The position numbers and the translations under genes were made by a program. DNA of 64,000 nucleotides from Neodothiora populina (lineage: Eukaryota): positions 1,054,001 through 1,118,000 of the forward strand of contig NW_027191406.1 in NCBI RefSeq assembly GCF_041146345.1, given 5' to 3'. Positions within the stretch are counted from its first letter, which is position 1. Every line of letters starts with the position of its first letter. Positions 51,966 through 62,650 of this stretch are shown one piece after another. The notes beneath the pieces are model-generated. The model searched no databases and was not told where the DNA came from. It saw only the letters and a program-made list of their open reading frames with translations.

Positions 51966-52758
51966 TGGTTTCGATGGAAGGCGGAAGGTCAGTAGGGTAT
52001 ATGATTCTTCAGAAAAAGCGTGTGCTATGCTTAGGAGGGAGATGGTGTGCTCAGGGTAAGGACTGCGATAGCTGCTGTAGTGTACATGAGTTCGCTTGTA
52101 TGACTGATCGTAATGATGAGCATTGTGTAGAAGTCCAGTGGAGTAGCGGCTCATGTCTTGTCGAAGGCTTTCATGCTGCTAAGATCAAGTGACGGCTTGC
52201 TGGGCTGATGGGTAGTCTATACGCCTTGGAGTGAGTGCAAGATCACTCGAGGGTCAGTCGACATGCTAGCAGCCTTTTCGGTGCATTTGGCGCCGTCTGT
52301 TCAGTAGTCTATTATCGATACGCACTTGAAGGTGTTCAGCTCTTGATTCTAAGGATAAGTAGGAAGAGTGGCGAACATGACACGCTGTCTGCGTCGCAAA
52401 AGGGAAGATTGCACAAGACACTGACCAAACAACGACAACACATCAAGGTCAACCATGTGTTAACCACAACGCGCCTTATCCACGTCGAACAACGAACGAG
52501 TATAAATACCGACGAATATAGACTCAACATCAGATCGAGACAATGACATCCCACAAGATTGACCACGACGAAGTCATAGATGGTATGAAACAAAATCATG
52601 AATCCAGAGTAGCTTAGGACCGGGTCGCCCTAGATTGTTTTGTAGTTCACACCAGGTGCCCCCCACGCTCGTTCATCTTGATCTCAAGCGATGCTAGAAT
52701 ATCATATTTGGCAATTTACACTTAGTGTATATCACGTGATGGAAACATCCTCTCTCCT

Positions 52759-52829
52759 GCTTCGGTGGTCCAACGGTAGGATAATCGCCTTCCAAGCGAT
52801 TGGCCCGGGTTCGACTCCCGGTCGATGCA
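52759..52829 (+). tRNA. tRNA-Gly(TCC), intronless
   Basis: GCTTCGGTGGTCCAACGGTAGGATAATCGCCTTCCAAGCGATTGGCCCGGGTTCGACTCCCGGTCGATGCA, then a T6 terminator. Confidence 0.9.
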
Positions 52830-53152
52830 AAAATATTTTTTGCCGTTTTTGGCCTTTTCTCTTCTTACCAGGTCTCTCATTGCGTGGCTGGCAGACCAAA
52901 TTTTCTTGGGGTTTTCTGCTTTTTTTTTATAAATTGAAAGGACAAAAGATCGAGCTGGAGATTGCAACATTACAGCCGAGTAGGTACTGTACAGTACTTT
53001 TACCTTGACAACTACCCTACATTTCGTATGAATGCGTGATTGGTCTGTTTCCAATTCCTCGATCGCAGTCCAGTGAGCAACACATGCAACCCCTACCAAC
53101 CACGGGCATAAACAGTATGTATTCATTCAAGAATTGACAATCTTCATCAATA

Positions 53153-53238
53153 GCACCATTGGGTTAGTGGTAAACTTGGTCGTTGCCAGCTTTCGCAGCA
53201 AGTTCGACCAGCCCCGTGTTCGATTCACGGATGGTGCA
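53153..53238 (+). tRNA. tRNA-Gly(GCC) with ~15-nt intron
   Basis: GCACCATTGGGTTAGTGGTAAACTTGGTCGTTGCCA-intron-TCGACCAGCCCCGTGTTCGATTCACGGATGGTGCA, then T-runs. Confidence 0.93.
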
Positions 53239-53565
53239 GTTCTTTTGTTTTTGTTTTGCTTCCCTCATCGCCATCGCTTCCGTGTTCCTTGTATGCACAC
53301 ATAGCCATTCTTGGTTGTCTTCTTTGTTTCTTTGGCGGTATTCACGTGATGTTGTTGTAGGACGAAGAGAGGGACTGCGAATGGCTTTTCTACTTCTTTG
53401 TTTAAAATGTTCGAGTGGTTTGAGCGTAAGTGGTATATACACCTATGTATGTACAACTGAGCATGAAAACGGTGATGGCTACTTGAAGTGTCATGTACTT
53501 TTGTGACATCTATCTTCCCCGAGTTCCATACATGACCAGTCCAGAACAGCAAGTGAGGCAAGGTA

Positions 53566-55296
53566 TCAGAACCCAGCCGTGACACTGGCGAGCACAGTGG
53601 CCGTGGGCATGACGCCTCCTGAACAAACACATGCGCCGCCATCAATACTGCTCAAGGGCGCTCCATTAGTGCACCACGCACTGCTTGTCCAAGGTACGGT
53701 AGTCGTTGTCGCAGCGCCACTACCAATCGCGACTGTCTCGGCCTTTACGAGAACAGGGATGATAGCGCCTGTGACGAGCGAAAAGACTCGATGACCCAAG
53801 ACTCGCAGAAGGGATGCCGCTTCGCCAGAGTGCGTGGTGATGGAGACGACGCGTGCGGCTTTGTCGGTTGCGAAGACGCTGTCGAGGGCGATCTTGGAGC
53901 GGTAGTCCTTGGCCGAGTCGGTCTCGGCCGTGATACCGTTCCAGATCTCGTCCGTCTCGGTCAATGTGTCCTCGATGCGGAATGTAGGGAACAAGTGCTC
54001 GATGTAGGTCTTGTTGCTTCGGTGGTCGCATGTGTGAGTGCTGATGGTTTCGCGGAAGAGTTCTTTGACTGTTGGGATGAAGGGGTCGTCTGCTGGTAAG
54101 TTGAGGTTCGAGTAGGTGTAGTTTGCCGTCTTCAAACAGCGCGTGAGTGGTGATACGTAGAAGGTCTGTGGAGCTACGATCTTCTGGCTCCTCATCAAGT
54201 CGGACCAGAAGGCGTTGGCTTTGAATGCTTGAGCGATGCCATCTGTAGTCAGGTCTGCATCATCCCATGTTGAGGTACCGTTTCCGTTCAATTCAGACCA
54301 ATAGCACTATGACGCGTCAGTATTCGCAGGAGAAGCTCGTGTCGAGGCGTTTGCTTACGTTCCATGCAGGAGTACCATAACCAATCTGAGCAGCATTATG
54401 ATAGCCTTCGCCGTGACGACCGATGAATAGCAGCTTGTAAGTGACATTACTGGCCGCTTGTTGATTGAGGTTCACAAGTAGTCTATCAAATCTCTGCCAT
54501 TGAGTAAGATCCACAGAAGCCTTGTTGTCGGTCGTATAAGTCTGGTTGATCAGACCAAAGTTGGTAGTAGTCTGCTTAACGTTAGCCCGGATCGTCACGA
54601 AGGACAGATCATCTCACGTACATAGTCAAAGCTGCTTGCAGCGGTAGTGTTCAAGTCCTGCAGAAAGTAACCTCCAACAGTGGAATATCTGATATACTCG
54701 GTACCATCACCAACAGTCGGCAAAGATGCCGTAGAGGGAGCTGCAGCCGAGGTTACTATAGAAAAGGTTGTGGCAGATGGTTTGGTTGTAGTCAGAGGTG
54801 CAGCGGTTGCCGATGAAGTGATCGAGGTAATTTTGCCGTTCAATACCATGCGGGCGGCTCTGCAGTGAGAGCACGCATGGGACGGGCCTGCCTTGCTTTT
54901 CAAGTAACATGCAGTACCTAAGTCTTCGTCAGAGATTTGTTATGTCCATCTCCAGTCCTCGAAAGTGTCTATTACCAGACATGGTGATGTCACTGCATCC
55001 TTCAGTCGCAACGCATTGCGCAATGCAGTCTGCAATCTTGTTGCTATAGATCTTGCATGAGCATTAGTCGACGATTGTACCGTGACGCTCCTATCTCAGT
55101 ATTGCTCTCATACCTGCACGTGTGTGATATCATTCCCAGCACGATCAAGACCACATTCTACCTCAAAGACCGCGCCGTTAGATGCTGTGTATTGCTTGCC
55201 ATTGGACTCTGGGCAAGTAGGGTTAGGCGATAATACAATGGCAGGAACGAATGCTGCAGAGGCAAGTGTAACGAGTGAAAGCCTGAACAGAGCCAT
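53566..55296 (-). CDS. Secreted Pmu1-like histidine phosphatase with an N-terminal PAN/Apple-like domain (5 exons)
   Basis: Signal peptide; 'CPESNG...VECGLDRAGND...DCIAQC...GC...CYLKS'; S/T linker; 'LFIGRHGEGYHN', 'VSPLTRCLKT', 'HTCDHRS', 'ITTHSG'. Confidence 0.85.
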
Positions 55297-56165
55297 GGTG
55301 GGCTTTACTTAGACAGAGTGTACTACAGAGTGACCAACCTGACCGAGTTTACTATGGGCAAAGGCATACGGGACCTACATATATATGGGTATGACGAATG
55401 CCCTCGCGTCGGCAACCACTCAATTACGGAAGGTCGCATACGGCAGCAGAAGGATACCATTTGGCGCCACATACAAATCTCATGTCAAAGACTGAAGACG
55501 TGGTTGGCGGGCGAATGCTATAACTTTCGTGGAGTTTGCGAAGATAGATGCTGTCGAGTGGGTTAGGGTGGGGTTAAATACACCTCAGCAAGCGGAACGG
55601 GGTTGCGAACCAATAATGCGGAGCACGTGGGTAGTGAGGTGGTTTATCCACCATCCACTTTTGCAAAGATAGCTCCATGTGGGTCCCATACTTTGTTCTA
55701 CGAGAAGAGCGCTTTGCAGCATGCCTTAAGCGATAGAGAAGCAGAATAACTTGAAGTGGGTATCATTCAATTGTCTACCAAGTTGGAGATCATTCGCTGG
55801 TAGCCTCAAACTTCTGTAGACTCGACCCGTGCCCTCGATCCTCCTAAGCCTGCCATCCTCCTGGCATTATCAATCATAGCCTGCTGCTGAGATTGGCCAT
55901 CATGCCGACAATACAAACTAATTACGGAAAGCGACAAGGGGTATTCATGGAAGAAAAATAGACAGATGGCAGGTGGCAGCTGCATACGGCCTTGAGCGTA
56001 AGTGATTCAAAAATTCGCCTACCTTTTGCGAGACATGTGTGATTGGGAACACTTTGTCTGCCAACCTCTCCGAGGTTTGTATAAAAAGCAAGAAGGGGCC
56101 CGAGCTATTGCACACAGTCGTGGCCGCGTGGCCTTTTGCTGAAGACCATAGGAGACTCTGGAAGC

Positions 56166-57227
56166 TCAGTCGTCTAACGTGTAATTGTGGCGAGTGCGAG
56201 CCACGTCCTTGCGCATAGCCTGACCAGATCCTGTGAAGCCCACTGCGAGGTGTGTTAGCTATGAGCTTATCATTGCAAGGTCACGCATGTTCTTTGACTG
56301 ACCTCGTGCTGTTGGCGCTTCTCCGGTGCGGAACATGCTGTCCTTCTTTGCGACCTTTGCAACTTTGCCAGTAGAAGCCTTGTTCTGCCAGGCCTGCCAG
56401 TTGTTCTTGCTACTCTCGAGTGCTTTTGACGTTCTGGCCTTTTTGGCGTTCTTGGGCTTATCATCGCCGGTGAGCATTTTGGCAGCCTCCTTCTTCAAGG
56501 CGCTGGCCTTCTCGGGATCGATGCTGGCCGCAGCGGATATCACGCCCGGGATCGGAGTCGCAGAGATAGGAGCAGCCGGAGCTGAGGCAAGCGGAGACCC
56601 ATCAGCCCTGCGCTTCTGACCAGCCGAAGATGCAGCATTCGTGGCAGACGCTAAGGGACGAATATCGTTCGCACGCACGGTCTCAGTGCCAGTGTAGCCG
56701 TCGAATTTGACCGTGTAGATGGGGTTGACCGAGGAACCAGTGATGGAAATGATGCGAGCCTCGTAGAACTGCTTGTCGCCAGCATACTTGGCTGAGACGG
56801 TGTCATTGACATTGAATGTGGCTTGGGGCTTCTTCTCGTCTGCGGGAGAGGGGTTTACTGAGTTTTTGCGACAGGCAGGATGGTCCTCCTTCTTCCACTT
56901 GTCACCACTTGCACTTGCACCTGCACTTGCACCTGCACTTGCACCTGCACTTGCAGCAGCAGGAGTCGGAGCGGCGGAGGCGGAGGCGGAATTGGACGCC
57001 GAGACGGCAGCTATTTTGGCATCGATATCAGCAAGCTGACCTATGACTTCGGATTTCATGTCAATGGCGTCTTGGTAGTCTGGCATCTCGGTGAGGATAT
57101 CCTCGACATCCTTGAGCTGTGTGGACGCTGTCAGCCAAAGCCCGCCGGCTCTTGGTTAGAGGAAGCATGCGCTTACGTTTGCGACATATTGTTCGCGTTC
57201 GAGCTGCAGTTGAGCTAAAGTTGCCAT
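56166..57227 (-). CDS. spf30: Tudor-domain splicing factor Spf30/SMNDC1
   Basis: N-terminal coiled coil, Tudor 'VSAKYAGDKQFYEARI...VKFDGY', 'KDSMFRT...R|VGFTGSG'. Introns 57117-57176 and 56243-56302. Confidence 0.85.
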
Positions 57228-57887
57228 GATGCAAGTTCAGTAGGCGATCTTGTCACAACGGATTGACGATTTACCAAAGAGCAAGCGTCTTCTTCCTGCG
57301 GGTGATCAAAACGCGATGAAGACGTGATACGGACGACGCGAGCGTGGAAATGAGGCTGGTGTTTCTGATGCGTCTAGCTGAACTGTATGTTTGCAGGCGA
57401 CGGCTTTGATGATTGTGTGATTGTCGCTATAGTGAACTATAGTGATGGGGGAAGAGTAGGTACCTAGTGATGATGTTGATGACGTTTGGGGGAGGGGGTA
57501 AATGTCGATGTGCAAGTAAGAGCTGCCTTACCTTAGCTCAGTATGTACGTGAGATACGCCTGAGCGCGAGTCTTGGCGTTGTTTCTTCTTCTTATTCCTC
57601 TTAGGTTCTTAATTATTTCTCTTCTTAATTATTCCTCCTGTTCTTGCTTCTTCCCTCTCCGGGAGAATACAGCACGGTCTGAGTAACTCACGGTGTGGCT
57701 TCTCGACGCGGGATGCCTGGATCGGTACGATCAAACGCCTTTGCCGACTAGCAGATGCAATAGCGTCGGCGTGTCGGAACCGCATGGAATTACAAGTACC
57801 GCGTACCTCTACTAGCTTTCGACCGCCTGTGCATCAGGTGCATTCGGTTCCCTCTTACAGCAAGATAGCTGTCTAGCGCGATTGAGG

Positions 57888-57906
57888 GGTGGCAAAAATC
57901 ACGTGA
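57888..57906 (+). promoter_or_regulatory. PACE-like element GGTGGCAAA next to E-box TCACGTGA
   Basis: Exact match to the yeast Rpn4 PACE consensus at 57888-57896, and TCACGTGA at 57899-57906, in the divergent spf30/yap1 intergenic region. Confidence 0.5.
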
Positions 57907-58545
57907 AACGGACCTACTTTCACATCACTGTAAGGCGGCGGGCCAGGGAATCTACCAAAAAGCATGGCAGCCTAAGGCAAGGCGAGGTTTCAGAGATGCG
58001 CGAAAAGTCCGATCCAGGGACCTCCGGGTGACCCTCTGATCCTCTGCAGCTCCCAGCTTGTGCACGTACCTTTGGTTCTCAGGGCGGGGGATCCGGCTGT
58101 GAGTCATTGCTCGCCGTCTATGCAGGCATGGCACAGTAAGGTAGTGGAGAGATGTACAGTACGGCACTCTATCTTCTCACTTCTCGCAGTGATGTAGATG
58201 CTTGCCTGTAGAGCAAGAAAACCACTAGACGAAAAAAAGTATCTAGCCAGGTCAGACACGAGCACAAAATTACAGGTACGTACCTGCATCTGCCGCAAGG
58301 CGCAACATTCCTCCGACCGGCTCTTGCGTGATCGGGCCAGTTTTACACTACTGGGGAATAGACTTCCAATCAACCTACAGTGGCCAGCCTTGGCACTGCG
58401 CAACCTCGAGAACTGCTTAGAAATCCTCTTTCTAGAAGATGACACGGCCGTGAAAAAAGGGTCCTAGGAAGGAGAAGAAACAGGAGAGGGAGGGGGACAC
58501 CACTAGCAGTCTAGTAGACTCCCAAGGTGGTTACCCTTACCGCGA

Positions 58546-58582
58546 AAGAGAGAGAGATAGAGAGAGAGAGAGAGAGTAGAGA
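58546..58582. repeat. (GA)n microsatellite upstream of yap1
   Basis: agagagagagatagagagagagagagagagtagaga. Confidence 0.9.
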
Positions 58583-58659
58583 GGCAGAAACGTTCGCTGT
58601 CTCTCCCTCTTCTTCCATACGATCCCTAGTGGCTGACTTGATCGTCTGGCACACATTAT

Positions 58660-58722
58660 TGGCACATTGGCACTCTGGCACTCTGACACTCTGACACTCT
58701 GACACTCTGACACTCTGACACT
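58660..58722. repeat. Octanucleotide tandem repeat (CTCTGACA)n with degenerate 5' copies
   Basis: tggcacattggcactctggcactctgacactctgacactctgacactctgacactctgacact. Confidence 0.9.
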
Positions 58723-59233
58723 ATTCCTTTCCGCCCTATCTGCCTGTTTGTCTTGCCTTGTGCTCAAGTCTTGTCATCCGAATCGTTACTTGTAGAGGTA
58801 CCCTTTCATTTTCAGAGTCTTACGTCTTTTCTCCACTACATCATATTTCCCACCACACATCACTCGCCCTGTGCTCGATACCTTACCCTGCCGTCACCTT
58901 TTTTGTTCTATTCTCCAGGAAAGAAAAGTCAACCAAGATATATCTCTTGACGGACCCACGTGCACTGTCTAGACTCTAGACCGGGGTGTTCCTGAATCTA
59001 TATCATTGTTCTCTCAGTCTCTGCCTGAGGTGTTTGGTGTGGCACGTCAGCTCACTCAGTCACCCCAACCCCGCCGGACAAGGTTAAACCTTGCGATCAA
59101 TCCTGTCGGCGACTGAGGTTCGAAAGGCATTTTCCTTTGATCCATCTGCCATCTCCATCTTTCCATCAGTCATCATCGACATCGCTATCGACGCGGTCCA
59201 GAACTTGTCAGATATCCACATCATCACGTCGCA

Positions 59234-61463
59234 ATGGCGGGCCAAACATCGCCCGATGACCAGTTCAACCCCTACCTCTCCTCGACCCAGCAAGACCTCC
59301 TCATGGCCGCTTTGACGTCCAACGACTACAGCAACAAGCACAATGCCGCCAAGTCCGACAACATCAACAACAACCCTCAGATCAAGAGGTCGAACAGTGA
59401 TCCTCGCCGGGAGAAAGCATTCGTCGCTCCAAGCTACATGGACAGCCTCAATTCCTTCGACGCCTCCAACGACAACACTGTCGACGCCTCAAGCTTTGCC
59501 AACTTCGACTTTGATGACACCAGTCCTTATCTAGACTACCTCGATGGCGACACAAGCCTCAACTTCGACAGCAATGACCTCGGTGGCGAGGACATGTTTG
59601 GCAGCGTCCCCGCCCCGCAGACCGACTCTTCTGAAAGCGACAAGGGCGACAGGTCAGACAAGCGCAAGAGTCCCGACGAAGCTGACGACGACGACGATGA
59701 TGGTGATGCGAAGAGGAGAGAAGGTGATGACAAGTCGGCCAAGAAGCCTGGTCGCAAGCCGCTTACTTCCGAGCCCACCACCGTACGTCTCTAATCAATA
59801 TCAAGTCCATCACAATACTGACAATCATATTCAGAAGCGCAAGGCTCAGAACCGCGCCGCTCAGCGCGCCTTCAGAGAGCGTAAAGAGAAGCACTTGAAG
59901 GACCTCGAGACCAAGGTCGAGTCGCTGAGCAAGGCCTCGGAAGCTGACCGTCAGGAAAACGGCGTCTTGCGCGCTCAAGTCGAGCGCCTGCAGGCCGAGC
60001 TCCGTGAGTACAAGAAGCGCATGTCCATGACCAGCACCGGCGTCAGCCAGTCGCCGCCTTCGGTCTCGCGCTTCGACTCTCGCAGCAACAGCAAGCCTGG
60101 CAGTGACTTCCAATTCGACTTCCCTGCCTTTGGCAACCTTCCAGGCTCGCATCTGTTCGATGCTCAGACGAAGCGCGACAATGTCAGCTCTGCAGCCGGC
60201 GCTGTCTCACAAAACAACCAGCCTGCACGCCAAGCTAGCCAAGGCAAATACCAGAGCCCGCGAACATCTGCTGCTCAACAACAGAACAGCTCCATCAGCC
60301 AGATCCCACCGTCTAACCATTCCTCGAGGCATGGCAGTATGAATGGCCAGAAGTCCGTGTCTCCGGTCGATGGCTTCAATAGCACTCTTCCTCAGATGAC
60401 GTCGAGCCTGTTCACGCCCAGCATCATGAACGACAGCAGCAACGACTACGGATTCTCCAAGAAGGTGACGGCCAGCCCTCAGCACATGGACCATGGCGGA
60501 GACAGCAACAGCGGCATATCCCGCGCCTTCCGTTTCAACAGTGGATCTGCTTCCTCCAACAATGCTTCTCCTTCAGTATCTTCTTTGTCGCAATTCAACC
60601 CCAACTCCTCATGCGGTACTTCGCCCGAGTCCTCACACGAGTCCCCACCGGCCGATGTTGGCAAGCCAAAGGACAACTTGGACACCTACTCGTTCAACTC
60701 CAATCCCACAAACTCCAACACCTTTGCCAACCTCAACTCAGGCAACACCAATCCCAGCACTGACTTCAACTTCGACTGGCTCGCGAATCAGAATGGCGGT
60801 CAGTTCGATCCCGTGCTTTTTGGTGATTATCGCGACAGCCAGGAAGCTGTTATCGGTGATGGCGACTTCAACAACGGTTTCTTCAACGACGCCTTCCCCT
60901 ATGACATCGGCAGCCCGCTCAACTTCGACCTCAACTCGCCAAAGGTGCAGACCCAGCAACCCATGTCCGCCAGCAAGAGCTTGCTCGCCGAGGTCGAAAA
61001 GGCACGCGATGGCGGTGATGACGACATGCTGCTACCGACCGATCCATCCTATATCCAGCAGGTTCAGCAAGTCTCACAGAAGGAGAAGGTGCCATATGAG
61101 ACAGCGGAGAAGATGCTGAACTGCAAGACCATCTGGTACGGTTCTTCCGACTTTCTGCCTGTACATAACAAGACTGACCATTTACTCTGCAGGACGCAAC
61201 TCCAGCAAAACCCCGACTTCCAAGATGGCAAGTTTGACCTTGACAGTCTCTGCGCCGAGCTCCGAGCAAAGGCAAAGTGCTCTGAGAGCGGTGTGACTGT
61301 GCCCTCTACCTACGTCGATGCTGCGTTCAAGAAACTCAGCAATGGCGCACAGGAGGCGAAGCAACAGGGCAAAGCCTTTCCCCAATTCACAGGCGGCGAC
61401 GACTATCTCTTCCAGCGCAACTCGGTCGACGAGGCGTTGAGAAAACTCGGAAGTGGCTTGTAA
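59234..61463 (+). CDS. YAP1: AP-1-like redox-sensing bZIP transcription factor Yap1/NapA/ChAP1
   Basis: 'KKPGRKPLTSEPT|KRKAQNRAAQRAFRERKE', 'SSCGTSPE', 'GGQFDPVLFGDYR', c-CRD 'CKTIW...LDSLCAELRAKAKCSE'. Introns 59783-59834 and 61136-61192. Confidence 0.95.
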
Positions 61464-62650
61464 AAGGGGTCTGAAAGAGAGAAGAAGTTTGATGAATGAC
61501 TGATAACGTTATTGCGCTATTATTGAGGGGGTTGGTCGGTGTTACTTTTTGCTTCGATATCTTTTTTTGCTTCTCAGGTTTTTCCCCTGGTGTCCAGTTC
61601 AATGGGTAAATCATGTCGTCGTTTCAGAAATTCGACAAAATTTGATCGGGAAGGAGGGGTTTTCAAACGGGGTCTTATGTCTTTTTTTTGTTTTTCAGTT
61701 CATGGTTCAAACATGGTTTCTACAAACCCCTCTCCTCTATAGGGCAAAGTTTGGGTGCAAATACACAAATCACTGGGCCGACAAGTAGCCAATATCTTCT
61801 TCACCACGTACTTTCTTCTTTTCTTTCGCACCATAAGAATAACAACAAGAAGAACAATTACAACGACAACAATAATAACGAAACATTTAAGGTCAAAACA
61901 GATGAGGAATATACCACCATATGTTTCATGGAACGAAAACACTCGAGGAACTGGCGCCTGTTTCTTTTCTTCTTTTTGCTTTACTTTTGTTTATGCCAAG
62001 AAGTATCGAATACTTTGCTTTACTGTCGTTCCATACCAACTCGTTCATACCCAAGAACATATCATGTATTCACATTAGTTTTCTCCTATTTAGCGTTTTG
62101 CTTAGTGGATCAAGTCTCTGTTGATAGTACCAGCTGATTCATATAGATTTGACTCGTTTCATACCAACCGACAAGCTCACTCAAGAATTGCTCGTTTGCC
62201 GCAGCCAACGGCTGTGTCTTTTATCCTCGCTTACTAACTCGTTCGTCACTAAGTCCACATACTCGTTCACTAGTCAAGGCAGGCAGCAAAGGCGCTCAAA
62301 GGAATCACAGGATCGAATGTAAAGGCCTCGTGCAAATGTAGAATTACGGCAAGCTATCTGACTTCAGCTATACACGTCCCCGCAACACCGCTCCATGTAA
62401 GAGCTCTGTGGGTGGGCTACTCCGTCATCGTTTTTCATTCATCTTTCGTTTCCCGTGGGATCCCTGTGTCCCCTTTCTATGGTTGCGTCCTTGTTGATAG
62501 GGAAATCAATCGTGGTCGTTATCGTCATTTTTGAGCTACGTTGTCAATCTCCCCTTGCTCAGGTCTGTCTGTCTCATTTCCTCTTCCTAGGAATAGCAAC
62601 GCATGTGCTGCTGACATGACTGTCGATCGGCATGATGGACCAGAAGAAGC

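Noticed and set aside
55580..55642. Inverted repeat CACCTCA...TGAGGTG as an ncRNA or MITE
   Set aside because: Only 7 bp of pairing, no target-site duplication, compatible with chance.
58410..58437. Heat-shock element upstream of yap1
   Set aside because: The GAA and TTC units are out of the 5-bp register beyond one inverted dimer.
58660..58722. Repeat array as CRISPR-like
   Set aside because: Simple tandem 8-mers with no spacers, in a eukaryotic context with no cas genes.
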